This document shows positions 49,278 to 64,000 of a DNA stretch of 64,000 nucleotides, one piece after another. A program made the position numbers and the translations under genes. Every line of letters starts with the position of its first letter. Position 1 is the stretch's first letter. The notes beneath the pieces were generated by a model. That model was not told where the DNA came from. It made no database searches and saw only the letters and a program-made list of their open reading frames with translations. Origin of the DNA: the human T2T-CHM13v2.0 reference genome, Homo sapiens. The DNA is taken from assembly GCF_009914755.1 (NCBI RefSeq), contig NC_060939.1. One strand, given 5' to 3'.

Positions 49278-49828
49278 TAGTGAGTCTTCGCAACCTGGCA
49301 CTCTTGGACTGGATTTCTGTTGCTAAAGGGCGTTTTAAGGACAGGCTTGAGGACCACACATGCCTAGTGATTTCAGGTGTTTATTCTGAGCTGCGTTTCT
49401 GTGAGCTTAATATTCTACTCTCCTACAGGTCTACTCACAAATGAAGTTGATTTGCAGAAGGTGTAGAGTGAAGAAAAAGATGAAATGGTTTTTTTTTGTG
49501 TTGCTGTAGAAAGTTTAAATTCGTCGGAGTGATGTAAAAACCCAGGGGCAGAGCTTGGTGGACACCTCTGTATTTTGGCTGCAAATAAGAGGTGTTATAG
49601 ATCACAAGCATTGTTAATTATCTTGGATATATATTGTGCGTTATGGCAAACACAAAGGATTTAGAGAATTAATTGGAATAAATAAAATATTGGATGAGTA
49701 TCGTAAACATTTTTGGGTTACGTTGAGATTTTCATGCCACTAGAATTTGTTCTCATTGGATTGGACATGCAGTGTGTTTTCTCTTTGATACCAGAAAGTG
49801 ATTTTGCCTGTCCTGTGTGATATCTTTA

Positions 49829-50265
<437 letters not shown>

Positions 50266-52412
50266 AATGAAGTTATTATCATTCTACTTCTCCAGACTGT
50301 GGTTTATCTGTGCCATTTCTGCATTTTTTGGGGACAGCCTTTACTTAGGTAAGGCTACCCTTCTGCAGCTTTGTTGAGCTGTGGTTAAATCTTCAGGCTC
50401 CAGAGAAAGAGGCAGTCAGTTATCTGGAATTTTGGTTCTACCACTTCTAGTTATAAGACTTTGGGCAAGTTATATCCCTTCAACTGTCTCATTTGCAAAA
50501 TAGAGTAATAGTATCTACTTCAAAGGATTTGGATAATTGAATAATTCCATACTTGTAAATTGTTTAGCAATGGCGTCTGGCTTGCAATGTTAGCTGTTAT
50601 TAAGAAGTGAGTATTTGTGCTTTGAAATTTTCTTTTTTTCTTTTTAAGATTTTAATAATAAAAAATTATTTTATTATTCAATAATAACCTTAATATTATT
50701 GAATTTGATATAATTTAAAAATATCTTCAAGAGAGTCAAAACTTATTTTAAGATAATGTTCTTTTTTGTAAAAGACAAATAACTTGTATGGTTTGCAAAA
50801 TGATCTGAATATGTGCTTTTATAACATTCAGAATACACCCAAAAGTAAACTTTAGGTTTAATGTACAGTATGTTTTCTATGTAATTGTTTTGAATAAGTA
50901 ATACATCTACATGGCTTAAAACTGAAAAACGTATTCCTGTTACTTCTTGATGCTTTTGAGAAATGAATAATGTTTTCTCCCTTTTAAATGGTAGTACAGC
51001 ATGCACACTTTTCTGTGCTTGCTTTTTTATCTCATAGTATCTTGTGGAGCTGTTTTCTTAACAGTCCCTTCTCCCCAAAGTCTCCCTTTTTTTTGTGCAT
51101 GTCCACATTCTGGATCTGGCTGATTGCTTCTTCCTGGTATTAACTTATTTCCTCACACCTGTATTTCCTGTAAACTGGTATTCAGCATATTCTGAATCCA
51201 GGCTGACATTTCTAGATCAAATGGAAGATTATTGATACCTTTTTTCCCTTAGGTTGAAATTTTTGTTTCTAAAAATGTTAACATAATTACATATTTGCTT
51301 TATCCCAAACATATGTTTCCAAATACCAATACCAATCTTACTGTTAACAAAAGAATGCTGAAATGCGAAGTGTGATTTCTTTGCATTTCTTTTTGATCTT
51401 AGAATATATCACACTAACAATATAAAGTCAAAATATATGTTTAAATTATTCAAAGTTATTCCTTTCTCTGTGTGGTTAATGCCACCACCTTAATATATAG
51501 TTAGACTCTTTTGTTTTCATTTATTTTCAGTACTTAGGGACTGCTTTTCTCATTTAGATTCGATTTAATTTTTTTAATTATGTAAAAACATTTACATGGT
51601 TCAAAGTCACAACTATAAAACAAGGTACATTTGGAGCATCTTGTTTTCGTTTTTTGTTCCCCAGCTGCCTTCTCTTCCTCCTTAATAGGTCACTGTTTCT
51701 ATTAGTTGTAAGTTTATCTTTGATTGTTTCTTTTAAAATTTAAGTGTGTGTGCGTGTGTATTTTCCTTCTTACACAGAAGAGAACATACTCTTTTGCACC
51801 TGCTTATTTTCATGACTGAGATAAATTCATATCATTATGTAGAGATCATCCTCTTTCCTTTTACAGTTGCAGAGTATTCTACCATGTAGATAGATGTCAA
51901 TTCACACTTCCCCCCTAGTATTTAATATTTGGGTTGTTTTCGGTCTTTTGTTATTATAAAGAAAGTCACAATGAATAATGATCTAATGAATATACCATTT
52001 CATATCTCTGCCAGCATATCTTTGGGATAAATTTCTAGAAGTGGGATTGCTGGGTCCTGGGAAAATGCGTATATACTTTGCTTCGATATTCCCAAATCCT
52101 TCTGCATAAGTCTGGTGCCACAATGTTTGTCACAAGCCTCACAAACAGAATATATTGTTAAACGTTTGGAGTTTTGCCAGTTTGATAGGTGAGAAACGGT
52201 ATTTCATTTTTCTTTTAACGAACAAGGTTGTACATCTCTAAGGGTCACTTGCATTTTGTTCTATAAAGTGTCTATTCATGTGTGCTGCCCATTTTCTATT
52301 GAAAGGAGTTTTCCTCTCACAGGTAGCATTATCTCATGGATTTCAAGTTGGACTATTTGGTTGGGGCTTCATTTTTACTTCTGTGATCATTTTAATTTGA
52401 AATTTGGGTTAG

Positions 52413-52721
<309 letters not shown>

Positions 52722-53201
52722 GGTTAGTGTAATTTTCTTAAGCCACCACTTGTTCATCATTTCACATGTGTTAGATGTGAACTTAAGCTCATGTGTTTTC
52801 AGTAATAGTGTTGTGAAGATCAAGTTCATTTTTAAAACACTTGAGAGTTTTTTGACCTTCGCTAGTGGGATGGGTAGGAAAACAAAAAGAGAAACCTTCA
52901 GCACTAATATTATACCCTCAGAATCTACTTTTGTTCATTTGGAAACAAAGTAGTATAAAACAAGCAGGAAGATTAAAATACAACTATAAACATCAGTGAA
53001 TTAAAAAAGAATTCCAAATCTTAAAAGACTGAATGTTCAGAGGTTATTTTACAGACATTAGTTGAGAAAAAAATTTGTCTTATAGATTATATCTTCAAAA
53101 TAACAATAAGCCAGAGATATATTCAGAGAGACTAAGAGGTCAGGGTTCGTTGATACATGTTTTCTGTGGAACTTCTGCAGATTTTCATTTAACTAATGTG
53201 A

Positions 53202-53357
<156 letters not shown>

Positions 53358-53502
53358 TGAGTATATTTTGTGTACATGCTTAGATGGTCGTACCGTAAGA
53401 AAATAGATTTGAAGTTAGACTTTGTGTAGTTCCATAGTATTTTTACTGTCTCTTCTTTAACATACCAAAAAGGCCCCTCTTCTAATGTCTTCCTGTTTTT
53501 AA

Positions 53503-53709
<207 letters not shown>

Positions 53710-54409
53710 TAATATTTTTATATCGATTACTTATTTCTAACTATTTTCGAGGGGGCATCAAATTAGAAATTAGTATAGTCATTCTTGGAAATACTTCCAT
53801 CTTTAGCAGATTGTGGCACTGTTTCACGGATGAAGATAAAGGGAAAAGACAGTAGCCAGGTGAAATTTTGGGGAAACTGTAGGAGAAATCTTAAAATTCT
53901 GGTATTTAATTATAGGTCAGATTTCATTACAATAAATACCCAGGTGAGTTTGTTAATGATAAAAGCATTCCTTGGCCTTAGTTATTGGCCCTTTGTTTAA
54001 AAGTACATTTGAAACAACCATATTTCACTTCCTCACGTAAAGATTGAATGTCACCTTGGTATTCTTTGTAATGGAATTAAACATTGGCTGTTCTTCTCCC
54101 ACAAAATCGAGCCTCCCACCCTATCTGTTGCAAGTAGCAAGGCCATGGTTGGAGCTATAAGCAGGGAAGGCTGACTGGCTCAAATTTTGGTAGGATTTGC
54201 TCCATGTTGTGCTCCTGGCAGTTCAACAGTGCTCATCCCATCTGGTTTTAGGAGGGTGACAGCACCCTGCCTTAAGCACTGAGACCAGATTCAGTCTGGC
54301 AAGAGACCCAGTTGTTGTAGCAAGGAACAGATCATGTCCTGGCGTAGCTCAGTGCTCTCCGGCAATGCTCTAAGAAGCATTTTCAATCTAAAACGAAGCT
54401 TTAACCTAG

Positions 54410-54522
54410 CTCCAGGGATTCCCTGCTCCTGGAAGGAGGAAATCCACGACGGCTGGGATGCTCTAGCAGATGAAGCCACAAGCCCCTCCTACCTGAGTTG
54501 TTCTACCCTGTTAACAGCACAG
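54410..54522 (+). other. CHD2: Candidate poison (NMD) cassette exon in CHD2 intron 30
   Basis: cctag|CTC...CAG|gtagga; 113 nt; in-frame TAG at 54464-54466. Confidence 0.7.
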
Positions 54523-54630
54523 GTAGGAGCCATTGGGAGAGCTGGATTTCTCCATCCCATTTTGTAAAATGAGAACGGCTCGTGAGGGATTTTCAGTGAC
54601 TGGGAGCCATGGACATGAGATAGGATCTGA

Positions 54631-54918
<288 letters not shown>

Positions 54919-55062
54919 TGAGGCTCCTACCCTGCAGAATTAGGTAGGAAGAGAGAGGCCCTCTCTGAGCACTGCACAGAATGTCACCTTCTCATGGGCA
55001 TATTTTGTTTTTGAGGTTCCAGTAATGATGCTTTGCTTGGTAATAATAGAAATGTTCATTTA

Positions 55063-55410
<348 letters not shown>

Positions 55411-56220
55411 TTACAAACCCATCCTTCTGAAATGTTGCTTCAAATTCATCCTCTGCTCCCCAGTCCCACTATTCCACACATACTGTTACTGTTTCTTTAT
55501 CCTACTTTCTCAATTTTGGAACATAGTTGCAGTTACTGCATTGAATACCTGTGGGTTTGCCTGTTGTTCTGTCTGTCTCTGTGGTTCTTGTAATAGTGGA
55601 TCCCAGAGATAAAATGGACAGTTGTAATGCACAGTTAATTCAGAAACTAGACCTTACTTGCTGTGTGAAATACCAACTAAATTCTCAGTGAACTCAGCTG
55701 AGCTTTATCTCCTTTTGTTTCCCCAATTTATAATTTCAGTTCAGGCCCAGAAAGATGGAATCCCAGCTAAGAAATACAAGTTACACCCTGTACTAGCAGC
55801 CCATGTGTGCATGTTCTTTAAGTGCTCTTGCAGCTATGTCATTTATATTGATTTCCCTGTATTATTATAAGCAAAGCAAATTTGAGGAAAAAAACCCATA
55901 ATACCACACCTCATTTTTTTCAAGTAATAGGGTCATAAGTCTCATTCTTCATATAATATGTTGAGTATGCAATATATTATGTGTTAGGCTCTGGAAAGGC
56001 AGAGGTTAGATCATGTTACAGATCATATCTGATTAGGCAGATAAACAGTATTTTAACCTTTTCCTTATTATGTGTAACTTGCTTTCAGGTTTTTTAATGT
56101 TACTATTATGTCTTTAATATATTATCTTTATTTGTACTTTTGTATACAGAGTGATTTTCCTTTTTTAAAAAAAATTGTGTCTTTAGGATGGATTCCAAAG
56201 ATGTGGAATCAGTAGGTTTA

Positions 56221-56557
<337 letters not shown>

Positions 56558-56747
56558 TTAATGTGGTATAGGCCATGTATAAGGCCTATAGGTTTTTATT
56601 TGTTTTGGTTTGGTCTTGTGAGGTAAAATGAGTTGCACTCTTTTGATTTCTTTGGAATTTTCTTGTTTGAATTATATGGCTGCTACTGCTTTAAAGAGTC
56701 ATCATGTTGTTTGGTTATGCTTTTGAGTGTCTTGATTTGTATTTTAA

Positions 56748-56903
<156 letters not shown>

Positions 56904-57113
56904 TGAAGTGGGGTTTCGGTTGAGGGTTATTTATTTATTTTAGCTATACTTATCATGCCAGCTGGAATAAAATCATCTGAAATGTGTTTGGTTTACGAGT
57001 GGATTAAATGGAAATAGAATATGTAAGTCTTCGCTTAATCTGTCAGCGAGGATAGTTTAAGTCAGCAACTGCAAATTTGTACATAATGGAAGTAAATGAA
57101 GGGGACTATGACA

Positions 57114-57429
<316 letters not shown>

Positions 57430-57750
57430 TAAAGTTTTAATGATAAATGGCGATTGACACGTAGCCTCATTCTTGCAAATGACGGGGAGTGGTCAGGACT
57501 GTGGTTAACCAGAGAGCTCATGCCTAATGTAAAGGGGGCAGCTGCTATGGAGTTCTGTTAACAAAACTCCTGTGGGTCAGGTTTGGCTTGCCAGTTTGTA
57601 ACCTCTGGTCTAAGTAAAGTGAATAGTAAGTTGGTATCATTTAGTGTGCTATTTCAGTGACAACTTTATGGAATTTCTGAGAGTGTAATTGTACTTGGAT
57701 ATTAGCTCCAAGAGGATCAGCAGTGTGTACAGGAACTAGCATGGATTTGA

Positions 57751-58092
<342 letters not shown>

Positions 58093-58436
58093 TAAATACT
58101 AGCAACCTAATCAGTTATTAGCTGACTTTGTATAGGTATATAATCTCTTTGGTACTCAGTTTCCATCCGTGAAATGAGAATAATAAACTTACGTTGAAGG
58201 GTTGCTATGAGAATTAAATGAGAGGATATCAGTAAAGAGCTTCTGCCTCTACAGTTGTAACTGGTTATTACTGGAAAGTTTAGACTTCTCTGAGTCCCTT
58301 GAGGCTATTTGCTTGAAAACAAGCTTCTAAGTATAGACAGTGATGAACCACTGGGGGCAGTGCTTCTTTTTCCAGAAAGTACATAAGTAGATATAAAATT
58401 TGTAGCAAAAATTCATAGCCCTGTTTTGTTTCCTAG

Positions 58437-58637
<201 letters not shown>

Positions 58638-59340
58638 TAGAAGTAGAATGAGATTTGAGGGCCCTGGAATAATTGTCTTTTTATGGGTATGTTCAAGAAG
58701 GATGGGTGGGGCCGTTGATGGGATACCTGCACCTGTCCTTGCAGAGAGAGGGGAACCTGCAAGTTTGGGGTGTTCTTTAAAAAAGAAGGCCTTTACTTGG
58801 TCTTTTATGACATATTTCAGGGGGAAATGTTTGAATGAGATAGGACAGGTGAGAGAAATCGGCATTTACATGTAAATACGAAATACGTTCTCAGATTCAT
58901 ATTAGAGGAGCACAATCCACAACTGAATTTGAATACTTGAAGAGTTTGAGTCAAAAACAAATATTAGCAAGAGTTATTGGAATATAAATGGATGAAAAGC
59001 CTTGCTATTATAACCTTTACATTAGGGGTTTTATGAAGTTCATTCTAAACCAAAGAATTTGGTACAGTGTTGCAGTGTATACTTGCTGACCTCTGAACAC
59101 AGTAAAATCATTGCCAAAACACAAACAACTGCTGTAATTCTAATATCCAGTTGATAACTCTAATAGATTTCTTGATAAGTGCCTTTGAAACTTTTACTTT
59201 GAAATTTTATATTAAATATAAAATAAACTTCTATTTAAGAACAAATATAAAAATCAGATTAGGCTGTTTGGGTAGTTTTTCCTCCTCACTTAGCAGTATA
59301 TCACAACTTTCCAAGTGATTAAATGTTAAAGTCATTTTTA

Positions 59341-59565
59341 CAGCCTTGGCAACGTAGGGAGACCTCGTCTCTACAAAATAAAAACAAGCAAAAATCTAGC
59401 TGGGCATTGCGGCATGTGCCTACGGGCCCAGTTGCATGGGAGGCAGAGGTGAGAGGATTGCTTAGGCCCAGGAGCTCGAGGCTGCAGTGAGCCATGGTTG
59501 TGTCACACTTCACTCCAGCTTGGGCAACAGAGGAAGACCTTGTCTCAAAAAAAAAAAAAAAAAAA
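59341..59565 (+). mobile_element. 5'-truncated AluJ
   Basis: Right arm and tail; tcattttta TSD. Confidence 0.9.
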
Positions 59566-60103
59566 TCATTTTTAATAGTTGGGGAGGATTCTGTTTGGGT
59601 GTAACATGTTAGAAGCAATTTGAATTTCCCATTTTGAAATACTTTCTAATTTTTGATGTTAATAGACCATACTGTGATAAATAACCTGTGCATTTGTGCT
59701 CCCACAGAAAGACATTATTTTTCTTAAAGTAAAATATTAAAAAAATAAAAAAAGAGCAATTTTAGCAAACATCTGTTTATCCACTCTCCAGATACCACAA
59801 CTGTTGTTAATATTTTTTCATGTTTACTTTAAGTGGCTTTTTTTTTTTTTTTGGCGGGGCCAGGCGGGGGGAGACGCTGATATCTTTTGTATTTCATGAA
59901 CATATGACTGATACTGTTGAAGCTGCCCCCTGTTCCCTTTCCCTGATTTTATTACTCTTCCTCTGTTTTCCCCATAACCACTACTGTGAAGTGGGTCCGA
60001 AACCTTCCTGTTCATGTTTTTATATTTGTAGTACATATTATAGTGTATATCCATATAACTATAAACAAAGCATACTGTATGCTTAAAAATGTACATGAAG
60101 TCA

Positions 60104-60443
<340 letters not shown>

Positions 60444-60873
60444 TCAATGTAATTGAGATTTGTATAGAGTTCATTTACAATAATGTAGTTAATACAGATT
60501 CCTAAACCAAAGGGTATGCTGTTAATAAAGGTTGCTACATGATACTCTAGAGAGTTCTGCCAATTTACAAGCTTAACCTCTTGATGACATTTCTGTGCAT
60601 TTTATGGATAAAGGAGTAAGAAGCCCAAAAATAGCACTGATGAAATTGAAGTTATAATTGGGTACATTTAGAGATGGAAATGGGAATAATGTGTGAGTAA
60701 GCTGCTAATCAGACAGGTTTGTCTTCATGATGTTTCAGGATTTTATTTTACTTTTTAAAAAATAAACTGAGACCATCATATTTACCCATTTTAATAACAC
60801 AACATAGGTAAGAAACCTAAATCGCACGGTAGGATTGCACAAATGACAATGACTCCTTGTAACTCTTTTTTAA

Positions 60874-61077
<204 letters not shown>

Positions 61078-62332
61078 TAGGTCCAGCCAGAGCTTCAGTT
61101 GAGCTAAGCAATAGTACATTACTTGGGAAACACATTGCTTACAGTATCGGAAGACCATGTGCTCTTCAGCAGGCTGGCAGGAAGAGATTTTCTTGTCTTT
61201 TATTGAGGGGAAGTTTAAGGAGTGGATTTCATGTCTTGTGCTCCTAGTTAAGAGAGGCTCTCAGGGCCCTTAGAGGCATTTGGGAAAGAGAAGTGTTCAC
61301 TGAGCAAGTATTTATTGAATGTTTTCTGTGTTCCAGCCCCCAGAGTTACCATGTTGAATAGATAACCATTTCTATCATCGTAAACTGTACATTGGAGTAG
61401 GGGAGTTAGATAACTACACAAATCATGTTGGTGCCCCTGTGACAGGGCTCTGGAGGAGAGAGAGTGCATACTGTGGAGATCCTGTGAGAAGGGAATTTGA
61501 CCTAGTCAGGGGTTGCCAGGAGGGCTTGTGTAAGGAAGTGATGTTTGAGTTGGGTTCTGAAGGAAGAATAAAAGGTAACAGGAGAAGAGGGGAGGGCAAG
61601 GCGATGGGGAGCGAGTGCATGGACCAGGTCTTGCACGGGATTGGATACAGGCCAGTGTGTCCTCAAGGTCCCTTTGCCCCTGGCTGGAGCTGCAGGTATA
61701 GATTTCACTGTGCCACCATCCCTTCCCCACCTCTCTGTGGTCTCTTCTCCCCATACTTCCACAAATCCATTAATCAAACGGCTCATTCAGGCTGAAAGAA
61801 AAAGCGGTTTTCTTTCAAATTTGAAAATACTTCCATCCTGTGGCAGCAAAGGACCCTGTTGACCCTGTCCTGTAACCTCTCTCTGACTTCTTTCTCTGAG
61901 TTCTCTAAAACCTATACACGTATGTATATAGATATTGTTTTCTTTGCACTTAACTCTGTTTTCTTAAGTCTCTTTTTTGCCTGTGAGCTCTCTGAGGACA
62001 AGTATTGTTTTATATAAAGGTCATTTAGATGCTAGAAGTATATCAATAAATGAGTAAATTGAATAAATGAATAAACTAATTACATAGCCAGCTAACCAAT
62101 CTGTTTCCTAGTCTTTCTTTTCCGAGTGTTTATAAGAGAAAATGATATCTAATGTTCTATGGTACCATGATATTTAAAAAATGCTCTTACAAATGACTCA
62201 TTTAATCTTGTTTTTATATTATGAAATCTTTAAAAGATGCAGAGAAATTTCAGGGATATAATAGTCATTGATAAATATACCATGAAGTTTTGTCAAATCT
62301 GAATTTTTTTAAGACTCAAAATATAAAGCTGA

Positions 62333-62684
<352 letters not shown>

Positions 62685-62784
62685 TTTTCTCTCTCTCTTA
62701 CCTCCCAGACGTAACCATGATTCTGAATTCGATGTTTATACTTAACGTGTGGTTCTAGAGTTTTACTGCTTAAGTCTGTAAAGA

Positions 62785-63000
62785 TGATAATAGCTCACAT
62801 TAATAGCCAGTTACTGTTTATGTGCTTTATATATATTTTTTCCACAACACTCCTGTGAGGTACGTTAGTGTTTCCATTTTACATATTTAAAAATAAGGTG
62901 AAGAGAGTTAAGTGATTTGCCCTGTGTCACACAGCTAAGACATAGAACACAGTTTTGACCCAGGCAGTTCGGCATGAGAGGTTGGGTCCATAACCATTGT
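62785..63000 (-). mobile_element. MIR SINE
   Basis: MIR core ccattttaca...agagagttaagtgatttgccc. Confidence 0.75.
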
Positions 63001-64000
63001 CCTACGTAGCCTCCCACATATAAACAACATAGAGGATTGATTTCCATGTCTTAAAACTGTAATTGGCACTTGTGTATCCTGTAACTTGCTTTTCCTCTCA
63101 CAGCAGTCACATTTGTTGAGATTTATCTATATTAATAATTGTGGCTGTCATTTAAGTTTCATGTTATTCTACAATTTATTCTTCCACAGTTTAATTTTTT
63201 CCCGTATTGGTGGACATCAGGATTTTTCCAAATGTTTGCTACTACAAATAGGCTACAGTGAAATTGTTGCCCATATTTTCTTGCACTACACAAGTGAGAA
63301 CTTCTCTAGGGTGTATGGCTTGAGCAAAAATGGTGGGTCATTCATTAGGTGTACACATCTGCCACTTTATTAGATACTCGAGTTCCTCTTGAAAGCAGTT
63401 GTAGAGATTGCATGAATTATAGCAATGAATTCAAGTTCTGATTGCTGACCAGCCTTAGAAACAGTTGTTAATTTCTGACTCAGTTAACAGTTGTTAATTT
63501 TTGCTAATCTGAGGACTATGAAATACTGACTGAAGGTCGTTGGACATTTATTTTCATATTTTAGTGGTCATTCATGTTCCTTGTGAATTGCCTATTCAGT
63601 TATTCAAAATTGACATATTTGGAATAATTTATCTTTCTTACCTTTTCTGTAGGAATTCTTTTTACATTCTTAATACTAATCTTTTATTTTTTATAGTCAT
63701 TACAGGTGTCTTTTAGTTTTTGGTATATTTTTTATTTTATGTCCTTTTTAAAAATTGAAGTATAACACAGAAAAATCCACAAATAATAAGTATGTAGCTG
63801 TGGAAATGACCACAAAGTGATGGGGAATTTGTAGAGTTTTCATTATTTGAAAATTTCATGACCATGTGTCTTACTTAGTTCATTGTGCCAGATACTCAGT
63901 GGCTGACAACCATGTCCCTACACCATTCTGTGAAATTTTCTTGAATTATATGGTGGTAATTTTCTCTAAGTTCCCAGTTTTACCTTTATGGAATTTCTTG

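Noticed and set aside
61423-61862. Cluster of overlapping ORFs in GC-richer intron 34 sequence
   Set aside because: No recognisable protein similarity or consistent splice signals; partly L2-like sequence.
63460-63501. Short direct repeat aacagttgttaattt, two copies
   Set aside because: Small local duplication within old L1-like sequence, with no tail or insert signature.

Overview
Human genomic DNA (it carries an AluYa5) lying entirely inside CHD2 (chromodomain helicase DNA-binding protein 2), + strand. I assembled 25 consecutive GT-AG coding exons, 3361 nt in total, which join into one open frame. By my recalled numbering they are exons 10-34, about aa 351-1471. They encode chromodomain 2, the SNF2 ATPase and HELICc lobes, the SANT/SLIDE DNA-binding region and a Lys-rich segment. 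No start codon, terminal exon or promoter is in the window. The introns hold about 30 Alu/FLAM elements, old L1s, L2/MIR, MLT1, an ERV1 solo LTR and several DNA transposons. Most ORFs in the supplied track are Alu or intron noise. Best second-look items: (1) a 152-bp, ~95% identical intronic copy of exon 26 that keeps its acceptor and has gained a GTGAGT donor; (2) a 113-nt poison exon in intron 30; (3) a read-through stop plus AATAAA after exon 13; (4) inverted AluY elements bracketing exons 29-31 (circRNA architecture); (5) an antisense LTR10-like element with a p53 half-site array and AP-1/NF-Y sites; (6) two small TSD-flanked retro-insertions of unknown source; (7) a MER85 piggyBac MITE. 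I do not see a wholly new multi-gene system. Any novelty here lies in elements that could tune the dosage of a haploinsufficient gene. Repeat subfamily names and boundaries are by eye and approximate.
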